64,000 bases of DNA from Chloroflexota bacterium (lineage in GTDB: Bacteria; Chloroflexota; Anaerolineae; Aggregatilineales; UBA3940). Below the pieces are notes generated by a model. That model saw only the letters and a program-made list of their open reading frames with translations. It searched no databases and was not told where the DNA came from. Shown here piece after piece: positions 33,902 through 41,764 of the stretch. The stretch lies in contig JAADYX010000159.1 of assembly GCA_010092885.1 (NCBI GenBank), forward strand, positions 27,554 through 91,553. The letters run 5' to 3'. Within the stretch, counting starts at the first letter, position 1. Each line of letters opens with the position of its first letter. A program made the position numbers and the translations under genes.

Positions 33902-34884
33902 TAGAACTGCTCCAGAAAGCGCAGGTCGTTCTGCCAGAAATACCGGATATCCTCGATGCTGTGCTTAAGTAGAGTGACTCGCTCCGGCCCCATACCGAAT
34001 GCAAAACCCGAGTACTCGCGCGGATCGTAGCCGCCATTCTTGAGTACAACGGGGTGCACCATGCCCGCCCCGGCAATCTCAAGCCAACCGTTGTCCCCCT
34101 CTATATCGATTTCCACGCTCGGCTCTGTGAACGGGAAGTGTGAACAGCGGAAGCGCACCCGGCGTTCAGGGCCGTACATCCGGTGGGCAAAAGCGATCAT
34201 CGTTCCCTTGAGATCGCTCATGCGGATATTGCGCCCCACAACCAGCCCTTCCACCTGGTTGAACTGCATTTCGTGGGTGGCGTCGACCTGCTCATAGCGA
34301 TAGACCATGCCGGGTAAGATCACGCGGATCGGTTCAGGCGCATACTCACGCATCGCATGGATCTGACCCGGGGAGGTATGCGTACGCAGGATGACACCAT
34401 CCCGCGTAGTATAGAACGTATCCCACATGTCACGGGCCGGATGGTGCTGCGGAATATTCAGCAGCGTAAAGTTGGTGTCATCATCCTCAACATCCCGGCT
34501 CAGGTAGACCTGAAAGCCCATCTCCCGCCAGATGTTAATCACTTCACGCAGCGTGCGAGTCGCCGGGTGAAGCCGTCCGGTCTGTACGGGGCGGCCGGGC
34601 AGCGTGACATCGATGGCACCCTCTTCCAGTTCGCGTGCCAGCTCCTCCGCCTTGATCTGTTCCTCACGCTCGGCGAAAGCTGCTTCCAAAGTCTGCCGGA
34701 CCTCATTGCCAAGTTGTCCCACCGCGGGGCGTTCCTCCGGCGGCAGTGAACCAATCGAGCGCAGGATCTCGGTGATCTCACCTTTGAGCACACGGCTGCG
34801 CAGTGTGCGCAGCTCGTCCATAGTGGTGAGCGCCTCAAGTTCAGCGAGTGTATCTGCTTGCAGGTCTTCCAATCGTTTCAACAT
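33901..34884 (-). CDS. pheS: Phenylalanyl-tRNA synthetase alpha subunit
   Basis: Trimmed to ATG 34884 (MLKRLEDLQADTL..., AAGGGGGA SD). HPARDMWDTFY, FRCSHFPFTEPSVEIDI, GAGMVHP. Confidence 0.92.
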   Translation of the reverse strand: MLKRLEDLQADTLAELEALTTMDELRTLRSRVLKGEITEILRSIGSLPPEERPAVGQLGNEVRQTLEAAFAEREEQIKAEELARELEEGAIDVTLPGRPVQTGRLHPATRTLREVINIWREMGFQVYLSRDVEDDDTNFTLLNIPQHHPARDMWDTFYTTRDGVILRTHTSPGQIHAMREYAPEPIRVILPGMVYRYEQVDATHEMQFNQVEGLVVGRNIRMSDLKGTMIAFAHRMYGPERRVRFRCSHFPFTEPSVEIDIEGDNGWLEIAGAGMVHPVVLKNGGYDPREYSGFAFGMGPERVTLLKHSIEDIRYFWQNDLRFLEQF

Positions 34885-34892
34885 GACATCCC

Positions 34893-35175
34893 CCTTCAAT
34901 TGACAAACAAAAAACTCGCATCCCTTGCAGGGACGCGAGCGCAGCTCACGCGGTACCACCCCGGTTAAAGGCCGGTCGACCAGCCTCTCACTCAGATGCC
35001 CCGATAACGGTGGGCAGGCCGGAACAGACTACTAGACCTCGACGTGGTCGTTCCCCTGTCAGCTCAGGAGTGAACGCCAACCACAGCACACAAACCAAGC
35101 TTTCAGTCGATGGCCCGGTCTCCCTGATGAGTGCTTGTGCGGCAGGCTCTCTCCGTCACAGCCGATGCATATCGC
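34893..35175 (-). promoter_or_regulatory. T-box riboswitch leader (Phe specifier) controlling pheS
   Basis: Read on the minus strand. The AGAGA-type box is GACGGAGAGAGCC. The candidate specifier is GGCG-UUC-A (UUC = 35074..35072). The F-box is CCGUUA. The T-box motif is AACCGGGGUGGUACCGCG (34966..34949). The terminator is CUCGCGUCCCU-GCA-AGGGAUGCGAG (34939..34915) followed by UUUUUUGUUUG. Confidence 0.85.
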
Positions 35176-35181
35176 ATAGAG

Positions 35182-35211
35182 ATTATGCCAGTTTCGGCGG
35201 CGTGCTGTCAA
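35182..35211 (-). promoter_or_regulatory. Putative promoter of the pheS T-box leader
   Basis: Minus strand: TTGACA (35211..35206), 18 bp spacer, CATAAT (35187..35182). Confidence 0.6.
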
Positions 35212-35268
35212 GGCCGGAATGGTGGTACAGTTAGGCTGCTCGATTAGATGTATCGCGCCGCCAGTAAG

Positions 35269-35297
35269 TTGACACAATTTCCCAAAGCGCCTATCAT
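35269..35297 (+). promoter_or_regulatory. Putative promoter of the FHA-domain gene
   Basis: TTGACA (35269..35274), 17 bp spacer, TATCAT (35292..35297). An AGGAGA SD precedes ATG 35336. Confidence 0.6.
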
Positions 35298-35335
35298 ATC
35301 GGCGTTGCCTTGATTCACGATTCAGGAGACCGGAT

Positions 35336-35971
35336 ATGCAGCCGGGCGCGACTTATCGCTTGATCGTCCGACGGGGCCCGCAGCCCAACCAGCAGTACGA
35401 CCTCACGCGTGACACAATTACAATCGGGCGCGACATCACAAATGACATTGTGATCAACGATCCAGAGGTGTCCCGCCATCACTCCCGTCTGGTGCGTACA
35501 GCCACCGGCTACGCAATTGAAGATCTGCGCAGCACAAACGGGACCTTCGTGAACCGGCAGCGGATTACCAGCCCCACACAGCTTTCACATGGCGATCTGA
35601 TCGGCTTGGGCGAGACGGTCACCCTCGTTTTCGAAAGTTCGATGGGTGCTAACGTCGGGGCTACGCTGCCCGGCAGCGGCTCGTCAGCGCCCCCCAGCGC
35701 TCCCCAGCCGCCCGCTGCGCCCGCCGGTGCAGCACCAGGAGGCGCAAGCTACCAACCCGCACCTCCGCCGGCTCCGGGGCCTGTAGCGCGTGAGGAGGAA
35801 AGCGAAGGTCCGGATGTTAACCGGCTCATCGTCATTGGGTGCGGCGCCCTGACACTGATCTTCTGCTGTCTGTTGGTGGGCGGGGCCATCGCAGTCGACC
35901 AGCTCAACCTCTACTGCGATCTGCCTTTTGCCAGCCAGCTTTTCGGCGCGAACTGCCCACCTATCCCCTGA
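35336..35971 (+). CDS. FHA-domain protein with P/A-rich linker and C-terminal TM segment
   Basis: ITIGRDITNDIVINDPEVSRHHSRLVRTATGYAIEDLRSTNGTFVNRQRI is the canonical FHA core. C-terminal TM: LIVIGCGALTLIFCCLLVGGAIAV. Confidence 0.85.
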   Translation: MQPGATYRLIVRRGPQPNQQYDLTRDTITIGRDITNDIVINDPEVSRHHSRLVRTATGYAIEDLRSTNGTFVNRQRITSPTQLSHGDLIGLGETVTLVFESSMGANVGATLPGSGSSAPPSAPQPPAAPAGAAPGGASYQPAPPPAPGPVAREEESEGPDVNRLIVIGCGALTLIFCCLLVGGAIAVDQLNLYCDLPFASQLFGANCPPIP

Positions 35972-35995
35972 GTTTGAGCAACCCAGCAATGAGTG

Positions 35996-36023
35996 AAGGC
36001 CTCCGCAGTGGAGGCCTTTTTGC
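35996..36023. terminator. Terminator hairpin shared by convergent genes
   Basis: AAGGCCTCC (35996..36004), loop gcagt, GGAGGCCTT (36010..36018), then TTTTTG on the plus strand. Confidence 0.65.
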
Positions 36024-36025
36024 TG

Positions 36026-36568
36026 TTACAGACCGCCGCTGATAAGAGCAAGGCCCAGCGCCACGCACGAGCACAAACAGCACAATAGGATGACACCGCC
36101 CCCACCAAACAGGATGATCCGCTGCGTCTGCGGATTGTCAACACCAAGGTTGGCCATGAAGTCAATGCTCTTTGGCCCGCCGCTTTCTGCACTCGCAGCA
36201 GATACGCTTGGTGGCACTTCGAACGAGTCAGAGGGTGTGGTCTTCTGGGCAGAGGATGTCTCTGCGGGTACTGCTTTGGGGTGTTCAGGGGTTGCCGGCG
36301 GGGGTGATACCCCCTCGACCTCAGCAGCCTGAACCGATGGTTTGCTGGCCGGAGCCTGCTTCATCGGAGCGGTGACCCATGCGTCTTGGTCATCCGGCTT
36401 GTTTTCACCAGCTTTCGGCATCACTTCAGTCGAAAACGCGCCTTCCCCTTCGTCCTTTTTCTCTTCTTCTTCCTTATCGGAGGCACCAGCGGGCGGCACG
36501 ATCTCCGTGGAAAAGGGCTCGTCAGGAGCTTCCTGCTCCCCCTCAGGGGTGTTCTCTTCGTCTGCCAT
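36026..36568 (-). CDS. Hypothetical acidic, low-complexity tail-anchored membrane protein
   Basis: Trimmed to ATG 36568 (AAGGAG SD). MADEENTPEGEQEAPDEPFSTEIVPP...GAFSTEVMPK (internal FSTE[IV] repeat). C-terminal TM: IILFGGGGVILLCCLCSCVALGLALI. No family recognised. Confidence 0.55.
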   Translation of the reverse strand: MADEENTPEGEQEAPDEPFSTEIVPPAGASDKEEEEKKDEGEGAFSTEVMPKAGENKPDDQDAWVTAPMKQAPASKPSVQAAEVEGVSPPPATPEHPKAVPAETSSAQKTTPSDSFEVPPSVSAASAESGGPKSIDFMANLGVDNPQTQRIILFGGGGVILLCCLCSCVALGLALISGGL

Positions 36569-36689
36569 TGTGTTCTCCTTTTGGGTAGTTACCCGCCCAT
36601 GATACGCGCCCACCTGCCTGACGGCAAGCCGTAAGATGTGGCGGGTGCTTTCCATCCAAAGAGTGAACGTCTATGGAATGAGGACAGAT

Positions 36690-37169
36690 ATGCTCAAGCG
36701 CATTTTTTGGACTGGTCTTCTGATGATAGTGAGCAGCGTGCTTGCGGCCTGCTCAACAGCAGCCGCCGGGCCCGAATTTCCGATGCTCGATGGTGACACA
36801 ACCACACTCGCTGACTATGAGGGGCAGGTGGTGGTCGTCAACTTTTGGGCCACCTGGTGCGGACCCTGCCGCGTAGAAATGCCTACGCTCCAGGCCTTTT
36901 ATGAAGAACACGGCAGCGGCGATTTCGAACTGTTGGCGGTCAACATTGGGGAGACACCCGAAACCGCCCAGGGTTTTGTAGATGAGGGTGGTTTTACATT
37001 CCCCATCGTGCTTGATCCCAACGGCACTCTATATGACTACTTTGGCGTGCGCGGACAGCCCTCCACGTTTGTGCTGGACCGTTCCGGCGAGATCGTCTTT
37101 TCCCACACCGGATTGATCACCCGAGAGCAGATCGATGAAGCGGTGCTCCCCCTACTTGAAGAGAGCTAA
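36690..37169 (+). CDS. TlpA/ResA-like thiol-disulfide oxidoreductase, lipoprotein
   Basis: Trimmed to ATG 36690. MLKRIFWTGLLMIVSSVLAAC (lipobox LAAC). The thioredoxin motif is NFWATWCGPC. Confidence 0.8.
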   Translation: MLKRIFWTGLLMIVSSVLAACSTAAAGPEFPMLDGDTTTLADYEGQVVVVNFWATWCGPCRVEMPTLQAFYEEHGSGDFELLAVNIGETPETAQGFVDEGGFTFPIVLDPNGTLYDYFGVRGQPSTFVLDRSGEIVFSHTGLITREQIDEAVLPLLEES

Positions 37170-37175
37170 GGTGTG

Positions 37176-37207
37176 AGGCCCGGCCAACAGCACCGGGCCT
37201 TCTTGAT
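37176..37207 (+). terminator. Terminator after the TlpA-like gene
   Basis: AGGCCCGG (37176..37183), 9-nt loop, CCGGGCCT (37193..37200), then TCTTGATT. Confidence 0.55.
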
Positions 37208-37588
37208 TCAGCAAACGTCGCCAGTCTCTCCAACGCCCACGGGTTCCAGTCCTTCCACATGGGGAACCATGCAGATGAATCGCAGCACGCCCTCGCCGCG
37301 ATTGTAGAAGCCATGTTCTTCATTGGCGCGGATGAAGACAGTCGAACCTGTTTCAATGTGATGCTCCTGGGCGTCCGCATCCTTGATGACGCCTTCACCT
37401 TGCAGGATGAAGACCTCGTGTTCGTAGTCATGGCTATGGAACGGTGTCTGGCAACCGGGCTCCACCTCAATGACGCGCATGGCAAAGTTAGGCGCATCGT
37501 CCCGCTTGCCGATCATCCACCGAATGGTGACACCTTCCACACCAGGGAAGGCCGTCGCTTCGCGGTCGGTAAATGCTTCGATCTTCAT
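37208..37588 (-). CDS. Cupin-domain protein
   Basis: PFHSHDYEHEVFILQGEG matches cupin motif 1 (HxH...E...G). 126 aa, immediately downstream of metG. Confidence 0.75.
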   Translation of the reverse strand: MKIEAFTDREATAFPGVEGVTIRWMIGKRDDAPNFAMRVIEVEPGCQTPFHSHDYEHEVFILQGEGVIKDADAQEHHIETGSTVFIRANEEHGFYNRGEGVLRFICMVPHVEGLEPVGVGETGDVC

Positions 37589-37599
37589 CGTTTAACCTC

Positions 37600-39357
37600 C
37601 TATACAAGCTCGCGTTCGAGTACAGATTCCCGATCTAACTTATCGTACAGTGCGGCTGGCGGCTGCATGCGCTGCCCCGGCGGCAGGTGGAGCGGCCCCC
37701 ACGCAACATTCGCTGCTGAACCGTCATAGATGAGCGCATCATGTGAGCGCGTTTCCTCATCATATGTCACAATCTGCTGTTCACCAAACAGCTGCGCATC
37801 GTCAAACCCGAGCATGGCCAGCAGCTTCTGTGAGCTGAATGGCAGATAAGGCGCCAGCATCACAGCGAGATGGGTGATCGCCTGCAGGGCTGTGTACACG
37901 GTGCGCGCAGCAGCCTGCTTGTCCTCCTTGACCACACCAAACCATGGCGCTTTGTCCAGATAGACATTCACCTCACGGACCAGAGCCATGGCTTCATCCA
38001 GGCCGCGGCGCAGCTTCACAGCATCCAAGTGCGCACCGACCGTCTCAAAACCCGCCTCTATCGTGGCCAGCAAGGCGCGATCTTCCTCACCGAGTTCGCC
38101 GGCATCCGGCACGTGACCATCCCAATACTTGTTGGCGAACTTCAACACACGGTTGGCCAGGTTACCCCACCAGCCGACAAGTTCGCTGTTGTTGCGTGTG
38201 ACGAAGTCCTCCCAGGTGAAGTTGCTATCGCGGACCTCGGGCATGTTGGCGGTGATATAGTACCGGATCGCGTCGGGATCGTACGCCTCCAACGCCTCAT
38301 GCAGCCAGACCGCATGCCGACGGCTCTTGGAGAATTGGTCATTGTCCAGCCGGAGGAACTCGTTGGCGGGCACATCATAAGGCAGGTTGAGCGCCGTATC
38401 ATCGTCAGTGTATATACCACTGACCCCGATCAGCTCAGCGGGCCAGATGATCGTGTGGAAAGGGATGTTGTCCTTACCCAGGAAGTTGTAGATACGCGCC
38501 TCCGGATTGTACCACCACTGCCGCCACGCTTCGGGGTTGCTTGTGCTCTGCGCCCATTCAAGCGAAGCAGAGAAGTAGCCAATGACCGCCTCAAACCAGA
38601 CATACAGCTTCTTCTCGCGCCAGCCGTCAAGCGGTACCGAGATACCCCAGTCAATGTCACGTGTGATAGGACGCCCTTTCAGATCAGCAGCGAGTTCACG
38701 CGAGAAGTTGAGCACGTTGGCCCGCCAATGATCTTTGTCATCGCCTAGATAGGCAAGCAGTTCCTCCTGCAACTTGGGGAGATCCAGGAAGTAATGGGTC
38801 GTTTCGCGGATGACGGGCGTGGCCCCTGTCAGCTTGCTGCGCGGATTGATGAGCCGCACAGTCTCCATCAGGTTGCCACAGTTGTCACACTGATCGCCGC
38901 GCGCGTCCTCAAACCCGCAGATGTAGCAGGTTCCTTCCACAAAGCGATCCGGCAGGAAGCGCTCAGCCACTTCATCGAAGAACAGCTCCTGAGTCTCCTG
39001 ATAGAGGTAACCGCGTTCGTGCAGCTGCAAAAAGAAATCCTGCGAGATGCGATGGTGATTCTCTGTATCGGTATGTGTGTACAGATCAAAGGTGATACCG
39101 ATCGCCCGCTGTGTCTCAAGGAAACGTCTGTGGTATTTTTCAAAGGTCTCGCGTGGCGTAGCGCCCTCTTCCTGCGCGGTCAGGATGACGGGCGTACCAT
39201 GCGAGTCCGACCCGGATACCATCAGCACATGGCTGCCCTTCAGCCGATGGTAGCGGGCAAATATATCACCGGGCAGCAAGTTGCCTGCCAGGTGCCCGAT
39301 GTGTAGATCACCATTGGCATAAGGCCACGCGACCGAAACATGAATATAGTCTGCCAT
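37600..39357 (-). CDS. metG: Methionyl-tRNA synthetase
   Basis: Trimmed to ATG 39357 (GGGAGGAG SD). WPYANGDLHIGHLAG (HIGH), zinc knuckle CYICGFEDARGDQCDNCG, FSKSRRH (KMSKS). Confidence 0.92.
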   Translation of the reverse strand: MADYIHVSVAWPYANGDLHIGHLAGNLLPGDIFARYHRLKGSHVLMVSGSDSHGTPVILTAQEEGATPRETFEKYHRRFLETQRAIGITFDLYTHTDTENHHRISQDFFLQLHERGYLYQETQELFFDEVAERFLPDRFVEGTCYICGFEDARGDQCDNCGNLMETVRLINPRSKLTGATPVIRETTHYFLDLPKLQEELLAYLGDDKDHWRANVLNFSRELAADLKGRPITRDIDWGISVPLDGWREKKLYVWFEAVIGYFSASLEWAQSTSNPEAWRQWWYNPEARIYNFLGKDNIPFHTIIWPAELIGVSGIYTDDDTALNLPYDVPANEFLRLDNDQFSKSRRHAVWLHEALEAYDPDAIRYYITANMPEVRDSNFTWEDFVTRNNSELVGWWGNLANRVLKFANKYWDGHVPDAGELGEEDRALLATIEAGFETVGAHLDAVKLRRGLDEAMALVREVNVYLDKAPWFGVVKEDKQAAARTVYTALQAITHLAVMLAPYLPFSSQKLLAMLGFDDAQLFGEQQIVTYDEETRSHDALIYDGSAANVAWGPLHLPPGQRMQPPAALYDKLDRESVLERELV

Positions 39358-39369
39358 TGCTCCTCCCAT

Positions 39370-39395
39370 AAAAAGAAAAACCGCCTTTGCGGCGG
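39370..39395 (-). terminator. Intrinsic-terminator-like element in the metG leader (attenuator terminator)
   Basis: Minus strand: CCGCC (39395..39391), loop GCAAA, GGCGG (39385..39381), then UUUUUCUUUUU (39380..39370). It ends 3 nt before the metG SD. The upstream gene is divergent, so this cannot be another gene's terminator. Confidence 0.55.
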
Positions 39396-39418
39396 AACCA
39401 AACAACCCGATCAACCAG

Positions 39419-39478
39419 CTATACGCTGGTTCCGCTGCGGACGTATCGATCGGGGCACATCATCATCGCTTTAATCAT
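39419..39478 (-). CDS. Candidate leaderless leader peptide MIKAMMMCPDRYVRSGTSV (three consecutive Met codons)
   Basis: Hand translation of ATG ATT AAA GCG ATG ATG ATG TGC CCC GAT CGA TAC GTC CGC AGC GGA ACC AGC GTA TAG. The ATG sits 6 nt after a TATACT -10 box and has no SD. It is too short for the ORF track. Confidence 0.45.
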   Translation of the reverse strand: MIKAMMMCPDRYVRSGTSV

Positions 39479-39484
39479 GAGGAT

Positions 39485-39514
39485 AGTATAGCATAGGTAT
39501 CCCACCAGTTTCAC
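39485..39514 (-). promoter_or_regulatory. Putative promoter of the metG leader
   Basis: Minus strand: GTGAAA (39514..39509), 18 bp spacer, TATACT (39490..39485). The -35 is weak and the -10 is good. Confidence 0.45.
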
Positions 39515-39530
39515 GGGAAAGGGCCGCTCA

Positions 39531-40928
39531 ATGCATGAGATGTTCCAATCGCCATTTACGTGGCGCTACGGTACGCCGCAGATGCGCCAACTGTGGTCCG
39601 AGGTTGAAAAGCGCCGCCGCCTGCGGCGGGTATGGGTTGCACTGGCTGAAGCGCAGGTGCGGGCGGGGCTGGTCACGCCAGAACAGGCTGCCGATCTGCG
39701 CACCCACATGGATGCGATCGATATTGAGCGCGCTCATGAGATCGAAGCCGAGATCCGCCATGATCTGATGGCTGAAGTCCGCACGTTTGCCGAGCAGGCC
39801 ACAGTCGGTGGCGGGATCATCCATCTCGGCGCAACCAGCATGGACATCAGCGACAATGCCGAAGTCACCCGGCAGCGCGATGCGCTCGATATCATTCTGG
39901 CCAAAGTGGACCGATTGCTGCTGGCGTTTGCAGATCAGATACAGCGGTGGGGCGACACACCGACCATCGGGTGGACGCACATTCAGCCCGCCGAACCAAC
40001 GACGATCGGTTACCGGCTGGCCACTTACGCCCAGGATCTATTGGCTGATGAGGCCAATCTCCAACGTCTGCGGCGGAACTTGAGAGGCAAGGGGATCAAG
40101 GGTGCGGTTGGGTCGGCCGCAAGCTACCAGCAGCTTCTTGAAGGCACCGGCGTGACTGCCGCCGATCTTGAAGCACAGATCATGGAAGCACTCGGTCTGA
40201 CTGCGTTTCCCATCGCGACACAGACTTACCCGCGCCGTCAAGATTGGGAGCTGATCACTGCGTTGGCTGGGCTCGCAGGCACTATCTATCGCTTTGCCTT
40301 TGATCTGCGCCTGCTGCAGAGCCCACCTTTCGGTGAATGGTCGGAACCGTTCGGCAGCAAACAGGTTGGATCGTCGGCGATGCCCTTCAAGCGCAACCCG
40401 ATTCGCGCCGAAAAGCTGAACAGTCTGGGGCGCTATGTGGCCACACTGCCGCGCGTTGCCTGGGACAATGCCGCGCACTCACTGCTCGAACGGACACTCG
40501 ATGACTCGGCCAACCGGCGGACAATCATACCGGAGGCCTTTCTGGCTGCCGATGAGATGCTGCGCGTTGCCATCGCTATTGTAGAGGATCTCACCATAGA
40601 TGAGCAGGCTGTTGCCCACAACATGGCCCGCTATGGGGTGTTTGCCGCCTCAGAACGCGTGTTGATGGCTGCGGTCAAAGCGGGGGCGGACCGGCAGCAC
40701 CTGCATGAAGTTATCCGCGAGCACAGTATGACAGCCTGGGATGCTGTCCGCCGCGGCCAGGACAACCCACTGCCGGATCTGCTGGCCACTGATGCATCCA
40801 TCACCGCGCATCTTTCTGCGCAGAACGTCCGCGCTCTGATGGATGCGTCCAACTATGTAGGGGATACACCCATCAGAGCATTGGCCATGGTAGGCGCTAT
40901 CCGCCAGTCGCGGAGCGCTGACGGATAA
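39531..40928 (+). CDS. purB: Adenylosuccinate lyase
   Basis: GATSMDISDN and the fumarate-lyase signature GSSAMPFKRNP. 465 aa. Confidence 0.9.
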   Translation: MHEMFQSPFTWRYGTPQMRQLWSEVEKRRRLRRVWVALAEAQVRAGLVTPEQAADLRTHMDAIDIERAHEIEAEIRHDLMAEVRTFAEQATVGGGIIHLGATSMDISDNAEVTRQRDALDIILAKVDRLLLAFADQIQRWGDTPTIGWTHIQPAEPTTIGYRLATYAQDLLADEANLQRLRRNLRGKGIKGAVGSAASYQQLLEGTGVTAADLEAQIMEALGLTAFPIATQTYPRRQDWELITALAGLAGTIYRFAFDLRLLQSPPFGEWSEPFGSKQVGSSAMPFKRNPIRAEKLNSLGRYVATLPRVAWDNAAHSLLERTLDDSANRRTIIPEAFLAADEMLRVAIAIVEDLTIDEQAVAHNMARYGVFAASERVLMAAVKAGADRQHLHEVIREHSMTAWDAVRRGQDNPLPDLLATDASITAHLSAQNVRALMDASNYVGDTPIRALAMVGAIRQSRSADG

Positions 40929-41685
40929 GGGGCAGAGGGCCGCGCGGCACCAAGGCGATCAAAGCAATGACACCGAGCACAGCCGCAGCGCTGTAGGCAG
41001 TCGTGACGATCAACGGCGAGCCTGAACGCGCGGCCGCAATGCCGATAAACGCCCAAACCGGAACCAGCACGTAGGCCGCGTCACCCCGGGTGAAGGCAAT
41101 CCCCAAGGCGATGAGAGTCGCGGCAACGATCAGCACTGCCGTCCAGATCTCGGCGGAAATGCCTAAACCATTCCAACCGGCATTGTAGAGAACTACGGCG
41201 GCATTGGTTACGGTTGCGACAGTGATCCAGCCGAGGTATACGCTAAACGGAATATGAACAGCCCACTTTTCGGCAGCGGGCACATCGCGAATACCAACTC
41301 CCAACCGGGCATAGATAGCAATCAATGTCACCAACAGCAGCGCCATAACAGGGAATGTCAGCGCGATCTGTAGATAATGCCACAGCAGCAGCCAGATGAT
41401 ATTCAACACCCCACTCGCCACATACAACCAGCCGACCGTGTCTAACAGGTCGCTGTCGCGTTGGGCAGGCAGTGCCTGATAGACCGTGTAGGCAATCAGA
41501 CCAATGTAGATGACGCTCCAGATCGAAAAGACATAGCCCGCTGGCGTGAACAACACGGGGAAGCGCGCGGATATCTCACCCGTGGTCAGCCCATTGAGGG
41601 GAAGGGAGTTTGCCAGTGCGTTCATGATGAGCACTGACACTGTTGTAACGACAACCGCGATTTGCCGGATGAGTCCTTTTAGCAT
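40897..41685 (-). CDS. Multi-TM protein, TspO/MBR-related (long form)
   Basis: Trimmed to ATG 41685 (GGAGG SD). NALANSLPLNGLTTGEISARFPVLFTPAGYVFSIWSVIY matches the long TspO-like family as I remember it. It overlaps the purB 3' end by 32 bp. Confidence 0.5.
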   Translation of the reverse strand: MLKGLIRQIAVVVTTVSVLIMNALANSLPLNGLTTGEISARFPVLFTPAGYVFSIWSVIYIGLIAYTVYQALPAQRDSDLLDTVGWLYVASGVLNIIWLLLWHYLQIALTFPVMALLLVTLIAIYARLGVGIRDVPAAEKWAVHIPFSVYLGWITVATVTNAAVVLYNAGWNGLGISAEIWTAVLIVAATLIALGIAFTRGDAAYVLVPVWAFIGIAAARSGSPLIVTTAYSAAAVLGVIALIALVPRGPLPLIRQRSATGG

Positions 41686-41728
41686 CTCTAACCTCCATAC
41701 GTATACTGATGCTCTGACTATAGCGACG

Positions 41729-41756
41729 TTGACACAGGACAACACGTGAGTATACT
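41729..41756 (+). promoter_or_regulatory. Near-consensus promoter placed 8 nt from the GT4 start codon (short or absent leader)
   Basis: TTGACA (41729..41734), 16 bp spacer, TATACT (41751..41756), then cacctcct and ATG 41765. There is no SD; CCUCC is anti-SD-like. Confidence 0.55.
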
Positions 41757-41764
41757 CACCTCCT

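Noticed and set aside
39358-39530. A T-box or SAM (S-box) riboswitch upstream of metG
   Set aside because: There is no GGUGGUACC-type T-box motif, no F-box, and no specifier/stem-I architecture, unlike the clear T-box at pheS. The region is too short (about 120 nt of leader) and lacks the four-way junction pattern of S-box elements. The leader-peptide model fits better.
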